Origin: Conexivisphaerales archaeon
GTDB taxonomy: Archaea; Thermoproteota; Nitrososphaeria; Conexivisphaerales; DTJL01
NCBI GenBank assembly: GCA_038728585.1
Contig: JAVYTR010000007.1
Coordinates: forward strand, 25,680 to 89,679
Direction: 5' to 3'
Length of the DNA: 64,000 nt
Shown here: in pieces, positions 1 through 8,239 of the stretch
Layout: every line of letters starts with the position of its first letter
Position numbering within the stretch: the stretch's first letter is position 1
Notes under the pieces: model-generated
What the model saw: the letters and a program-made list of their open reading frames with translations, nothing else
Database searches by the model: none
What the model was told of the DNA's origin: nothing
Made by a program: the position numbers and the translations under genes

Positions 1-28
1 GAATATTACTCTGCAAGGAGAACATGAC

Positions 29-604
29 ATGAATGCTGATGGTCGAGCTGTAGCAAAGTCAAGAAGGATCGGTCTGACTGGTTCACCAAAGACAGGGAAG
101 ACTGAAATAGGAAGAGGTCTGGCAAAGGCATTGAATCTACCGTTTTACGACCTGAACTCCATATGCATAACAAAAAGACTGGGCAGGTTTCAGGGCGACG
201 AGTTCGTTGTCGACGTAAAGAGGGCAAGAGATACAATATCTTCGATTTTAAAGGGAAAATCAGGGTATGTTGTATCAGGGCTCCTGCTACCTGACCTGGT
301 AAAAAGTACTCTCCTTGATTCAGTAATTGTCCTCAGATGCAATCCAAAGGTTCTCTTCTCAAGGTATATGCAATCAGGATACAGCATGGAAAAGGCAAAG
401 GAGAATGTAGTATCAGAAGCGATAGGCGTTGTCTACTCTGAGGCTCTTGATACGTTCGGAAGGAAGGTAATACAGCTTGATATTACCAGCATGAGCCTAG
501 ACGATGCGGTTGAAGCTATTGTGAAAGGAGATTTCAAAAAGCAGGAGATAGACTGGCTGTCTGAGGCTGAAAAAGATGAATCTCTTCTAAGACTTCTTCT
601 GTAA
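29..604 (+). CDS. putative AK6/Fap7-type nucleoside (adenylate) kinase
   Basis: 191 aa. P-loop GSPKTGKT lies near the N-terminus. Size and layout match small archaeal NMP-kinase-like proteins (COG1936-like). The 3' end overlaps the convergent HerA-like gene by 18 nt. Confidence 0.5.
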   Translation: MNADGRAVAKSRRIGLTGSPKTGKTEIGRGLAKALNLPFYDLNSICITKRLGRFQGDEFVVDVKRARDTISSILKGKSGYVVSGLLLPDLVKSTLLDSVIVLRCNPKVLFSRYMQSGYSMEKAKENVVSEAIGVVYSEALDTFGRKVIQLDITSMSLDDAVEAIVKGDFKKQEIDWLSEAEKDESLLRLLL

Positions 605-2203
605 AACAGATAGCAATTCTTCATCAGGAACGACCTTTGCCAGAACAGAGCTCTTCATCTTTGCTACGTTGATTATCGCGTATCCAGTCTGAAGCTGAGA
701 CATGTATTTAGCCTGAGCCTCTGTAAGGTTCATGGCATCGCCTAGAACCTTGATATCTGAATTCCACGATACTCTGTGCACTATTCTTACCCCTGTATTC
801 TTGAGCACTTCAGGGGATATCTGTGAAGGGAATTGAGCTATATACACAACAGATTCGCCGAATTTCCTCATATCCTGTGAAAGCCTTTCAGAGACAGCAA
901 CAGGCTCCTCAGGCTTTCTGACGGGGACAAGGTTCCTGGCTTCTTCTATAATGATAGCATGCCTCAGCCCTGACTTCTCTCCTCCCAGTCTGTAATCGTG
1001 TATGGCTTTAAGGAGAAAGCTTGAGAATAAAGTCCTTGTTTCGAATTCCCTGAAGTAACCTAGCTCTATCACGGTTGGCTTGCTTAGCAACTCCTTCAAG
1101 TCAACAGAGCTCCTTCCGCAGAGTGCCCTGCCCGCCTGTCCCTCGGTAAGGGGTGCGAGTCTCCTAACAAGAGCCATCTTGGTTTCGTTGTCGAACTGGC
1201 TCCTTATCGGGGAACCATCTATCATCTGCAGCAGGCCTGACAGGTCTCTGTTGAGACCTGAAAGGTGCGCCTCAGTGCTGAGCAGGGCTATGATAGAGTT
1301 TCTGAACATGTACGACTGAGGACTTGTGAAGTGATATATATCGCAGAATATGTCAGATACTATTGCAGCATGTTCAGCAAGGCTTGAAGCACCTATGTCT
1401 TCCAGAGGGTTGAGAGTGAACTCTCCTCTTCCTGGGGCTTCAACAGAACCCCCGATTGACCTGACGAAATCACCATATTCGTTATGAATATCGAGCACAA
1501 GGAAAGGTATACCCCTTTCATTCAGCCTCTTCGCAAGAGTCATTGCTGTTGTAGTCTTTCCCGAGCCTGTCATGCCTAGAATGCATACATGCTTCGAAAG
1601 GTCTTCATCTTCAAGGTAAAGGTGCTGTCTTGGCTCCTCGTTTACGATGATTCTTGCTATGGGTATCCCGCTGGCTGTATTTTCATTCTCTGAAGGTATA
1701 TGGAACTGGGGGGTAGGTGGGGTTATGTTGCTTGAGCTTTCAAAGCTTATCAGCTGCTCCAGCTCCTCAGGTTCAACTTTACGCCTGAACCTAGAAGGTG
1801 GCGAGAGCACAAGGTCAATTACCTTTGCAGCTTTTCCCTTTGCAAGTCTCTTCAAATTGCAATCGGGCATTGCCACAGTAACAGCTGTGGCTATTACTCT
1901 CATCTGCTGTTCAAGCAGGGCCTGTGCTTCTGCAAGGGATGTGTCTTTGCATTCCGCCCAGCTCCCTATGAAGGTAGAATACTCAAAGTAGTTCTTCTCT
2001 ACTGGCTTTGCGACTACGAAGTAAATAATCGGTGTATTTGTCCTGTATAGACCGGAGAGCACGGACGAGATCCCGGCTTGGGGTTTTGACAATCTTTCCC
2101 TGAACTGAACCTTATCTGATTCCGGTTTAGGAAGATAAAGTTCGAAAAAGGAGTGAAGAAGGAGCCTTGACCCATCTCTAGCAATTATAGTGCCATCCTT
2201 CAT
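587..2203 (-). CDS. HerA/FtsK-superfamily (DUF87-like) P-loop ATPase, last gene of the pilus operon
   Basis: 538 aa. Walker A is GMTGSGKTT, followed by VLDIHNEYG (HerA-type D-x-H-G-E-Y block). Walker B is AIIIEEA, with a C-terminal AQFPSQISPEVL block. No TM helix. The first ~200 aa do not look like a HAS barrel. Starts 55 nt downstream of the pilin gene on the same strand. Confidence 0.75.
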   Translation of the reverse strand: MKDGTIIARDGSRLLLHSFFELYLPKPESDKVQFRERLSKPQAGISSVLSGLYRTNTPIIYFVVAKPVEKNYFEYSTFIGSWAECKDTSLAEAQALLEQQMRVIATAVTVAMPDCNLKRLAKGKAAKVIDLVLSPPSRFRRKVEPEELEQLISFESSSNITPPTPQFHIPSENENTASGIPIARIIVNEEPRQHLYLEDEDLSKHVCILGMTGSGKTTTAMTLAKRLNERGIPFLVLDIHNEYGDFVRSIGGSVEAPGRGEFTLNPLEDIGASSLAEHAAIVSDIFCDIYHFTSPQSYMFRNSIIALLSTEAHLSGLNRDLSGLLQMIDGSPIRSQFDNETKMALVRRLAPLTEGQAGRALCGRSSVDLKELLSKPTVIELGYFREFETRTLFSSFLLKAIHDYRLGGEKSGLRHAIIIEEARNLVPVRKPEEPVAVSERLSQDMRKFGESVVYIAQFPSQISPEVLKNTGVRIVHRVSWNSDIKVLGDAMNLTEAQAKYMSQLQTGYAIINVAKMKSSVLAKVVPDEELLSVLQKKS

Positions 2204-2257
2204 TATATCGACTAGTGCTTCTTTCTTTGCGAAGGGCCATATCCTCAGAGAGGTCGC

Positions 2258-2452
2258 CTACCAGTGCCACAGGAATCCAAACAGGTTGTTGAGGGAATTT
2301 GTTATGTCTGTCCACACTGTGGATGTTAACCCACCAGCTTTGGTCAGGACCCCCTGTATCCCTGCAACTATCAGCGAAAGTGTTACAACCGCAACTATCA
2401 GAAGTATGGCTTCCTCAACAAGCTGAACTCCTCTTCTATCCATCATCATCAC
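2258..2452 (-). CDS. type IV pilin-like protein with class III signal peptide (Flp/Epd-like)
   Basis: 64 aa. SD-like AGGTG sits directly before a run of four ATG codons. The N-terminus RRGVQLVEEAILLIVAVVTLSLIV fits the archaeal Q-x-S-x-E-x-x-x-L class III signal motif and is followed by a single hydrophobic helix. Confidence 0.6.
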   Translation of the reverse strand: MMMMDRRGVQLVEEAILLIVAVVTLSLIVAGIQGVLTKAGGLTSTVWTDITNSLNNLFGFLWHW

Positions 2453-2492
2453 CTAAGATAGAGATTGCAGCGTTTTTAACGGCACAACATAC

Positions 2493-3107
2493 TCACGCAA
2501 TGAAAACCGTTACCAGAAGGGAAGAGAAGAAATACACACCTGCAGAGGCTGACAGAAAGGAAAGTAGAGATTTAATGCTCGAATGCTCCATCCCGAAGAA
2601 CGATGCCCCAGCTATAAGCATCAGACCGAGCAGGACTGGTGCCTGCTGGCTTGAGCCATGCTGAAACAGAAAGACACCAATTTTCTCGAGGACAGGAGCT
2701 ATCGCTGCTGTGATAAGGCAGATCAGAGCAGACCTCATCTTTATTGCACTTCTGATTTCCTGTATTTCTATCAGCATCTGGTTAAGCATAGAGTTGACTT
2801 CGTTGTAGGCTGAGACAGCATCTCTTGCTGAAGATATAGACACCTCCCTGCTCTTGACTGCAAGTTCCAAGGCAAGGTCATCGTAACTCATCTCTTCGGG
2901 TCTGTAACCGCGAAGAAGGTAATGTCTCATTTTGGCAGGCACTCCATCAGTAGCTAAAAGCGAGTATGCGGATGAAAGACCGACCTGTATCTTTGCAATC
3001 ACTTCCTTTTCCCAGGTATCCCTCTTCTCCTTCTTTCTGGAGGTTAGAACCAAGACCATGCTCAATGCAAAACAGGTAGCTGCAGCTGCTGCCAGGTACC
3101 AGCTCAA
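2493..3107 (-). CDS. T2SSF-domain (TadC/FlaJ-like) pilus platform membrane protein, short form
   Basis: 204 aa. One N-terminal TM helix, a cytoplasmic helical domain, then 2-3 C-terminal TM helices. The TTG start overlaps the upstream stop (TTGA). Lies directly downstream of the secretion ATPase and the first platform gene. Confidence 0.5.
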   Translation of the reverse strand: MSWYLAAAAATCFALSMVLVLTSRKKEKRDTWEKEVIAKIQVGLSSAYSLLATDGVPAKMRHYLLRGYRPEEMSYDDLALELAVKSREVSISSARDAVSAYNEVNSMLNQMLIEIQEIRSAIKMRSALICLITAAIAPVLEKIGVFLFQHGSSQQAPVLLGLMLIAGASFFGMEHSSIKSLLSFLSASAGVYFFSSLLVTVFIA

Positions 3108-3679
3108 ATTCTCTTCACCAGTATCATTCTAGCCAGCCAGAGGCAGAGCGAATAGTCAAGAGCCAAGTAAAACTGACCTGCAATATCAGTAAAGTCCCTT
3201 TCTGCGAAGATTAGAAGCATTATCGGGACGAAAAAAGAGATCGCCTGAAGCAGGCTCAGCCTGGTTTCTATCGATGCCCTGTAGCTGCTCAAGAATCTCC
3301 TTCTCTGTTCTGATGCTGAAAGGGCTATCTCTTGACCTGATGGGGCAGATCCCTTCATGTACATCCTGTCCTCACCTTTTACAGGAAGACCCCTTAACAG
3401 GTTGGAGAGGCTTAGCTCATCTTCTTTTTTCTTCAGCAGCAGATACCTTTCCAGCAATACTCTGTGCCTTGACCTTGTCATGATAGCTACTGTCCAGTCG
3501 AGGATTCCTGACATCATAGCTTCTACAGTATCTTCTTCCTTCACCGACCTCTTTACTCTAATCCCCAAAAGGAAAAGCATGTAAGCTAAACTCAGCAATA
3601 TTATGCTAACCCCTTCACCGTTGCTGAATATGAGCGGCAGGGGCAGGAATGGTAATGCGAAGTAAGATTTATCCTTCAT
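3104..3679 (-). CDS. T2SSF-domain (TadB/FlaJ-like) pilus platform membrane protein, short form
   Basis: Likely start is ATG at 3679 (MKDKSYFAL...), overlapping the ATPase stop by 11 nt; the ORF track extends to 3763. Architecture is TM helices, a cytoplasmic helical region, then C-terminal TM helices. Confidence 0.5.
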   Translation of the reverse strand: MKDKSYFALPFLPLPLIFSNGEGVSIILLSLAYMLFLLGIRVKRSVKEEDTVEAMMSGILDWTVAIMTRSRHRVLLERYLLLKKKEDELSLSNLLRGLPVKGEDRMYMKGSAPSGQEIALSASEQRRRFLSSYRASIETRLSLLQAISFFVPIMLLIFAERDFTDIAGQFYLALDYSLCLWLARMILVKRI

Positions 3680-5189
3680 CTGAACAGACCTTCTTCCAGA
3701 CAAGGTTTGCAAATGCGCTGACATCGTATGCGTCTTTTTCCATTGCTGTGAGAAGCAGGTCAACCATCTTTACCCTTAGAGCATTGAAGTTGTGGTCTGT
3801 CAGGTCTGTCGCTTTCTGCAGCAGTCTTTCACTGGGCTCCAGAGAACGAGTTATCTCAGCTCTGGATTCTTGCCTGCAATGGATATCTCTGACAGTCATA
3901 GATTCGTCAACTTCGCTTATTCTGTTAACAATTCTTGCAGAGCTCAGCTGGTCTGGTCTCTTCATTGTAACGATAAGCCCTATATCATTGAGCTGTTCAG
4001 GCCTGATCCCCATTACGTTCACCAGCCTTCTCACCGCCTGTTCAGGGGAGGAGGCGTGAAACGTCTGCAGACAGACTATTCCTGACTCAAGTGCCTGAAA
4101 AAGGGCAGAGCACTGCAGCCTGTCCTGAATCTCACCTAATATCACTATATCCGGACTTCTGTGCAGAGTCTTCAGCACTTCTTTCATCTTGCTTCTCTCC
4201 ACATCATCACCAGATTCAAGAGGCTGCACCCTGAGCTTTGTCTGCCTGTAGCCTAGCTCTGATAATTCCAGTGACTCTACCGCATCCTCAATGTAGATTC
4301 TTCTGAGCCTAGGGTCTATTGCAAGGTCTATAGCATTGAGCAAAGTTGTTTTACCTGAACCTGAAGGCCCCAGAATTGTGATGCTTATCCTGCTGTAAGC
4401 TGCAGCAAGAATAAGCGATGCAGCCTCCAAAGTCACCGCACCATCTCTGATCAGTTTTGGCAGTGTCAGCGCTTCGGCCCCTACCTTTCTCATATGTATG
4501 GAGGGACCGTTGACCGAGACGGGCTCCAGGTCAAGTCCTATTCTCACCTTGAATCTATCAAACATCAACTCCGACTTGACTGATGGCGTTTGGAGTGTAG
4601 CCTGCTGCTGACCGTATAGCTCTGCAAAAGTTCTGAGAGAATCCTGTTCTCTCTTTTGAAGCATGAAAGTCAGCTGACATCTTCCAACTCTCCTGTGCTC
4701 TACATATGGGTAAGAAAAGTTTGAATCAGAAAAGAACTCATCAACCGCCGGGTCTTCGAATACTGTGTAGAGTCTTCCAAGACCAATCCACTCATAAGCT
4801 GCATACCTTGCAATTGACTCTGTCCTGTCTTTTGCTCCTGCAAGGTAAGGTGAAACAAGACTCATGAACCACTTCATGTACTGCTCCAGATTGGATGGTA
4901 TCGTTTCAGGAACAGGATGCTCTGAGTCAAGCATGGCCAGCGACCTGCCCACAAGCTGTAAATCAGACGCTGTCCCGCAGAACTTTGAGGTGTAGTATCT
5001 CACTCCAGACGACGATGAATATATGGTGACGCTGAAGGGATTCACTTCATAACTATCTATAATTTCCTTTATTCCGTAAGGTAATAAATCCCCCGAATAT
5101 GCCAAGCGGTTATTTTGAATTCCGGTATCTGGTTTGTGTGTGCTTTCCTCGTGGCCTTTGCTTGTCAGTTTCCTGAAAATCTTCAGCAT
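3669..5189 (-). CDS. type IV filament secretion ATPase (TadA/FlaI/VirB11, T2SSE family)
   Basis: 506 aa. Walker A GPSGSGKTT, Asp-box region IYIEDAVE, Walker B DIVILGEIQD, His box QTFHASS. This is the typical GspE/FlaI-type ATPase layout. Confidence 0.85.
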   Translation of the reverse strand: MLKIFRKLTSKGHEESTHKPDTGIQNNRLAYSGDLLPYGIKEIIDSYEVNPFSVTIYSSSSGVRYYTSKFCGTASDLQLVGRSLAMLDSEHPVPETIPSNLEQYMKWFMSLVSPYLAGAKDRTESIARYAAYEWIGLGRLYTVFEDPAVDEFFSDSNFSYPYVEHRRVGRCQLTFMLQKREQDSLRTFAELYGQQQATLQTPSVKSELMFDRFKVRIGLDLEPVSVNGPSIHMRKVGAEALTLPKLIRDGAVTLEAASLILAAAYSRISITILGPSGSGKTTLLNAIDLAIDPRLRRIYIEDAVESLELSELGYRQTKLRVQPLESGDDVERSKMKEVLKTLHRSPDIVILGEIQDRLQCSALFQALESGIVCLQTFHASSPEQAVRRLVNVMGIRPEQLNDIGLIVTMKRPDQLSSARIVNRISEVDESMTVRDIHCRQESRAEITRSLEPSERLLQKATDLTDHNFNALRVKMVDLLLTAMEKDAYDVSAFANLVWKKVCSDEG

Positions 5190-5239
5190 CTGAAGATTAT
5201 TTTGAGCGTCCTAATATAGGCAAGAATTTTTTATTGTAG
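5190..5239. promoter_or_regulatory. 50-bp divergent promoter region between the pilus ATPase operon and the pilin-like operon
   Basis: The AT-rich spacer contains TATA-like cctaatatagg and ttttttattg between two divergently oriented start codons. Confidence 0.3.
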
Positions 5240-5623
5240 GTGCAAGGGAAGGTGCAGCTTGTAGCAAAGCTCCTCTGTTCCATTCCTGTCATACTTGCGA
5301 TAGCTCTGGCCTTCTCAAGCAGCGTGCAGACTGGCGTCAGAAAGGCTGAGGAGACTGCTTACCTGCACTCTGTAGTTTCTTCACTGGAAAAAGCAGTCTA
5401 CGACAGCATTATATCGGGCACGAATTCATCTGTGCTTATCTCTCCTCCTCAAGGCTATACGATCAGGCTTTCCTGCTCCAGCTCTATACTTTCAGTTTCG
5501 GTGAATGATGTCTGGACAACGGTTTCGCTGCCTGCAGATTGTAATACGTTTGCACATGATACAGCAACAGACCAGACAATCTTCGTGAACGTGACCTCAG
5601 ACATAATTTATTTTTCATGGTGA
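5240..5623 (+). CDS. pilin-like / pseudopilin-like secreted protein
   Basis: 127 aa with a GTG start. The N-terminus QGKVQLVAKLLCSIPVILAIALAF shares the VQLV-plus-hydrophobic-helix pattern with the 64-aa pilin. The rest is Ser/Thr-rich. Confidence 0.4.
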   Translation: MQGKVQLVAKLLCSIPVILAIALAFSSSVQTGVRKAEETAYLHSVVSSLEKAVYDSIISGTNSSVLISPPQGYTIRLSCSSSILSVSVNDVWTTVSLPADCNTFAHDTATDQTIFVNVTSDIIYFSW

Positions 5624-5627
5624 TAAC

Positions 5628-6005
5628 ATGTCATCAAAGATAGTTGAATTCAGTCTCTCTTCAGCCTTTCTCTATTTGCTCATGACTGTATGCAGCATAG
5701 GGATAGCTGGCTACTCGTACAACATTTTCAGCAGCTCCTATTCCGGAATTGCAACCTCCTGCCTCAATTCTGTCTCTTCAGTTCTTTCATACATTTCAAA
5801 CGGAGGATATGCCTATGTCAATCTTGATGACCTGCCCCCAGGAGCGAGTCTGAGCCTTCGGTCAGGTATATTGCAGTTAAATATTCCAGGCACTTCTGTT
5901 TACCTGCATATTCAGGGTCTTCAGGGGAATTTCAACATAACAGGTAGAGGTCTGTACAACTTTTCAGTAGAAGGAGGCATGGTAGAGGTGAGCCCAGTTG
6001 GATGA
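5628..6005 (+). CDS. pilin-like / pseudopilin-like protein
   Basis: 125 aa. The N-terminus SKIVEFSLSSAFLYLLMTVCSIGIAG resembles a TadE/Flp-type VEF-plus-hydrophobic-helix segment. Starts 4 nt after the previous gene. Confidence 0.4.
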   Translation: MSSKIVEFSLSSAFLYLLMTVCSIGIAGYSYNIFSSSYSGIATSCLNSVSSVLSYISNGGYAYVNLDDLPPGASLSLRSGILQLNIPGTSVYLHIQGLQGNFNITGRGLYNFSVEGGMVEVSPVG

Positions 6006-6102
6006 GTACATAGAGGCGACGTTTGCAGCTGCTATGCTCACTTTAGAGATGCTCCTTCTCTGGTTGAGCATCGACAAATTTCACCAGCTGGTGGGACCAT
6101 GA
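5998..6102 (+). CDS. candidate 34-aa hydrophobic micro-ORF (Flp-like?) missed by the ORF track
   Basis: The TTG start overlaps the stop of the upstream gene, and the stop overlaps the ATG of the next gene (ATGA). Sequence is LDEYIEATFAAAMLTLEMLLLWLSIDKFHQLVGP, containing one TM helix. Supported only by the coupling geometry. Confidence 0.2.
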   Translation: MDEYIEATFAAAMLTLEMLLLWLSIDKFHQLVGP

Positions 6103-6407
6103 TCAGACAGATTGATTCGCTGATCTCTCTGGCAGTCCTGTCAACTCTTCTGGCTCTGTCTATCTCTGCAGTATCCGGGGTCAGCCAGACAGTCAATTAC
6201 AGCAGCAGGCTGCTGAAGGCTTACACATCGCTCGGAAATCAAATTTCAGCCATACCTTTTACAGTCTTTGCCACATCTTCAGGCCTTCATTACAGCAGCT
6301 GCTACTTCACTCCTGGCAACGATAAGCCTGGGAGCTATGGCCTGCACTGGACCCTTGCACTCAGAGGAAATGTGGTGGTTTCAGCGTATTGCATGGTATA
6401 TCCATGA
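6099..6407 (+). CDS. pilin-like protein
   Basis: 102 aa. The N-terminus MIRQIDSLISLAVLSTLLALSISAV is a short polar leader followed by a hydrophobic helix. The rest is Ser/Thr/Gly-rich. Confidence 0.4.
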   Translation: MIRQIDSLISLAVLSTLLALSISAVSGVSQTVNYSSRLLKAYTSLGNQISAIPFTVFATSSGLHYSSCYFTPGNDKPGSYGLHWTLALRGNVVVSAYCMVYP

Positions 6408-7090
6408 CAATCTTTGCCTTTGCAACTGGAGTGATGGTGCTGCTTGCTTCATTGTATGGGGTGTGGCTTCTTCAAATGCAGGCCAGCATTAACTCTTCAT
6501 CGATACAGCTGGCTGAGGACAGGGCTTATGCCGAGGGCTTCTTGATCTCTATGATGTACGCCTGCATAAGTTCCGTCGATAATCTGCTATCAAGCTCAGG
6601 TAATTTTGAAGTCTCAGCCAACATCAGCAATGATATGCAGGGGTCATGCATTTCCGGAGTGAAAACGATGGTCTTTACATCACCTGTGGAAATAGGGCTG
6701 AGCAATTTTAGCATAGTCATATCAGCAAGCGGTGCTGATTCTGAGTTGCTCAGAATGCATGTGCTGATAAATGTTCATTCGTATTCTTCAGCATTTGAGT
6801 TGACAAAAGATGTAAGTGTAATATGTCCATATTCTATACTTCAGGCTCAGGTTGCAATTGCGAAACTTGAGCAAGGATTCGCATCCGGAGAAGAGTTTCC
6901 TCTGAACCAGACATTGCATTACCCCTACTGGACGATAACAGAAACATCATACATCAGGAACACAACGGTTCTATACAACTTAAGACTTGTTGGACAGCAG
7001 CAGCTTTGTGCAACTCAACCTGCGAATACGTATCAGATTTTTTCGTCCGGAGAGTTAGTAATCAATGAAACAAATTCTGTAGAGCAGTGA
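6389..7090 (+). CDS. large pilin-like / pilus-associated protein
   Basis: 233 aa with an N-terminal hydrophobic helix (TIFAFATGVMVLLASLYGVWLL). Overlaps the upstream gene by 19 nt. Last gene of the plus-strand pilin-like operon. Confidence 0.4.
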   Translation: MHGISMTIFAFATGVMVLLASLYGVWLLQMQASINSSSIQLAEDRAYAEGFLISMMYACISSVDNLLSSSGNFEVSANISNDMQGSCISGVKTMVFTSPVEIGLSNFSIVISASGADSELLRMHVLINVHSYSSAFELTKDVSVICPYSILQAQVAIAKLEQGFASGEEFPLNQTLHYPYWTITETSYIRNTTVLYNLRLVGQQQLCATQPANTYQIFSSGELVINETNSVEQ

Positions 7091-7129
7091 TTCCACAGGT
7101 CTGTACTATTGTACCATCACAACATGTCT

Positions 7130-8053
7130 CTAACTCAGATTGAGTATCTTTCTGAACTTAACTCCCTGCTCTCTCAGTGTGAACTTTGATATTTTCAAAA
7201 TGTCACAAAACTCTGTCTGCAGAAAGACCTTCTTTCTGTTTGCTGCTCTAGCCATTCTTGCCTCTGCAAGATAAACACAGGTAGCAGCTACCGAGACGGG
7301 GCTGTATCCTGATGTCGCTTGACCATTCAATCTCCCGGCAATAACCTTTGATTGATTGAGCAACTCTCTGTAGTAGGTCTCAGAACCGATATGCATCTCT
7401 CCAAGTCTGCGTCTTATCATTTCCTCGTTCAGCAGTCTCTTTATGAAAAGTTGAAGGTACAGCTCAGGTTCTATCCTCACCTTCTCCCTGCTGCTGAGAG
7501 ATACGCTTATCATATGCTTAAGCCTTATATTGTAACCCATGCCTTCCATGCAACTCTTTACACTCTTCCACGACTGAGCAACTCTGCAACTCCGGCAGGA
7601 GTTTATTATACAATAGGCAGCAAGAGCTGGTAGTGTACCTCTTTCGTGTGTAAACTGGCCCAGCATCCTGTATGCCATGTATTTTGCCATGTTGGATACT
7701 CTCTTAGGAAGGGTCAGATGCTCGCAGCACCTCTCTATCATCGAAGATACATACTCGAACGACCTGTAGAGCTTCCCCAGGTCATTATGGTCGGATGTCA
7801 TCTTCATGTATGAATAGGTTGATGCTCCAAACTCCAGCCCTCTACTATGAGAATTTCCAAACCTGGGTCCCAAATAGCTTCCCAGTCTGAACTCGTCAGG
7901 AAGTACAGCACTCTTGATGTCATACACTTCGTGCACAGACCTCTCAGACTCTCCAAATATCACACCGCAGCCTGAACAGACAAGTTCAGATTCTGTCGAA
8001 ACTATTCTTCCCCCGCAAAAGTTGCATTTTGTCTGAATTTCGTCTTTTATCAT
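7130..8053 (-). CDS. divergent transcription factor B (TFIIB) paralog
   Basis: Likely start is ATG 8053 (MIKDEIQTKCNFCGG...). It has a Zn ribbon CNFCGG..CSGCG and two degenerate cyclin-like repeats. The C-terminal block SPVSVAATCVYLAEA...FCDILKISKFTLREQ parallels the canonical TFB. It lacks the GPEWRAF / B-reader block seen in the TFB at 61777. Confidence 0.7.
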   Translation of the reverse strand: MIKDEIQTKCNFCGGRIVSTESELVCSGCGVIFGESERSVHEVYDIKSAVLPDEFRLGSYLGPRFGNSHSRGLEFGASTYSYMKMTSDHNDLGKLYRSFEYVSSMIERCCEHLTLPKRVSNMAKYMAYRMLGQFTHERGTLPALAAYCIINSCRSCRVAQSWKSVKSCMEGMGYNIRLKHMISVSLSSREKVRIEPELYLQLFIKRLLNEEMIRRRLGEMHIGSETYYRELLNQSKVIAGRLNGQATSGYSPVSVAATCVYLAEARMARAANRKKVFLQTEFCDILKISKFTLREQGVKFRKILNLS

Positions 8054-8239
8054 TGTGCAAGTGAAAGGATGAGGAGGGATATGTTCATCGTGTGACACAA
8101 AGATCTGAAACAAGGAGAAAGAAGTAACCTGCAACTTTGTACTTTCAAGCAGAGAGAGACTCTGAGACAAAAATAAAATTCTGTCAAGTTAATGGAAATC
8201 GTTTAATAACTTGATTCAGGAAACAACTGCAGAGAAACG

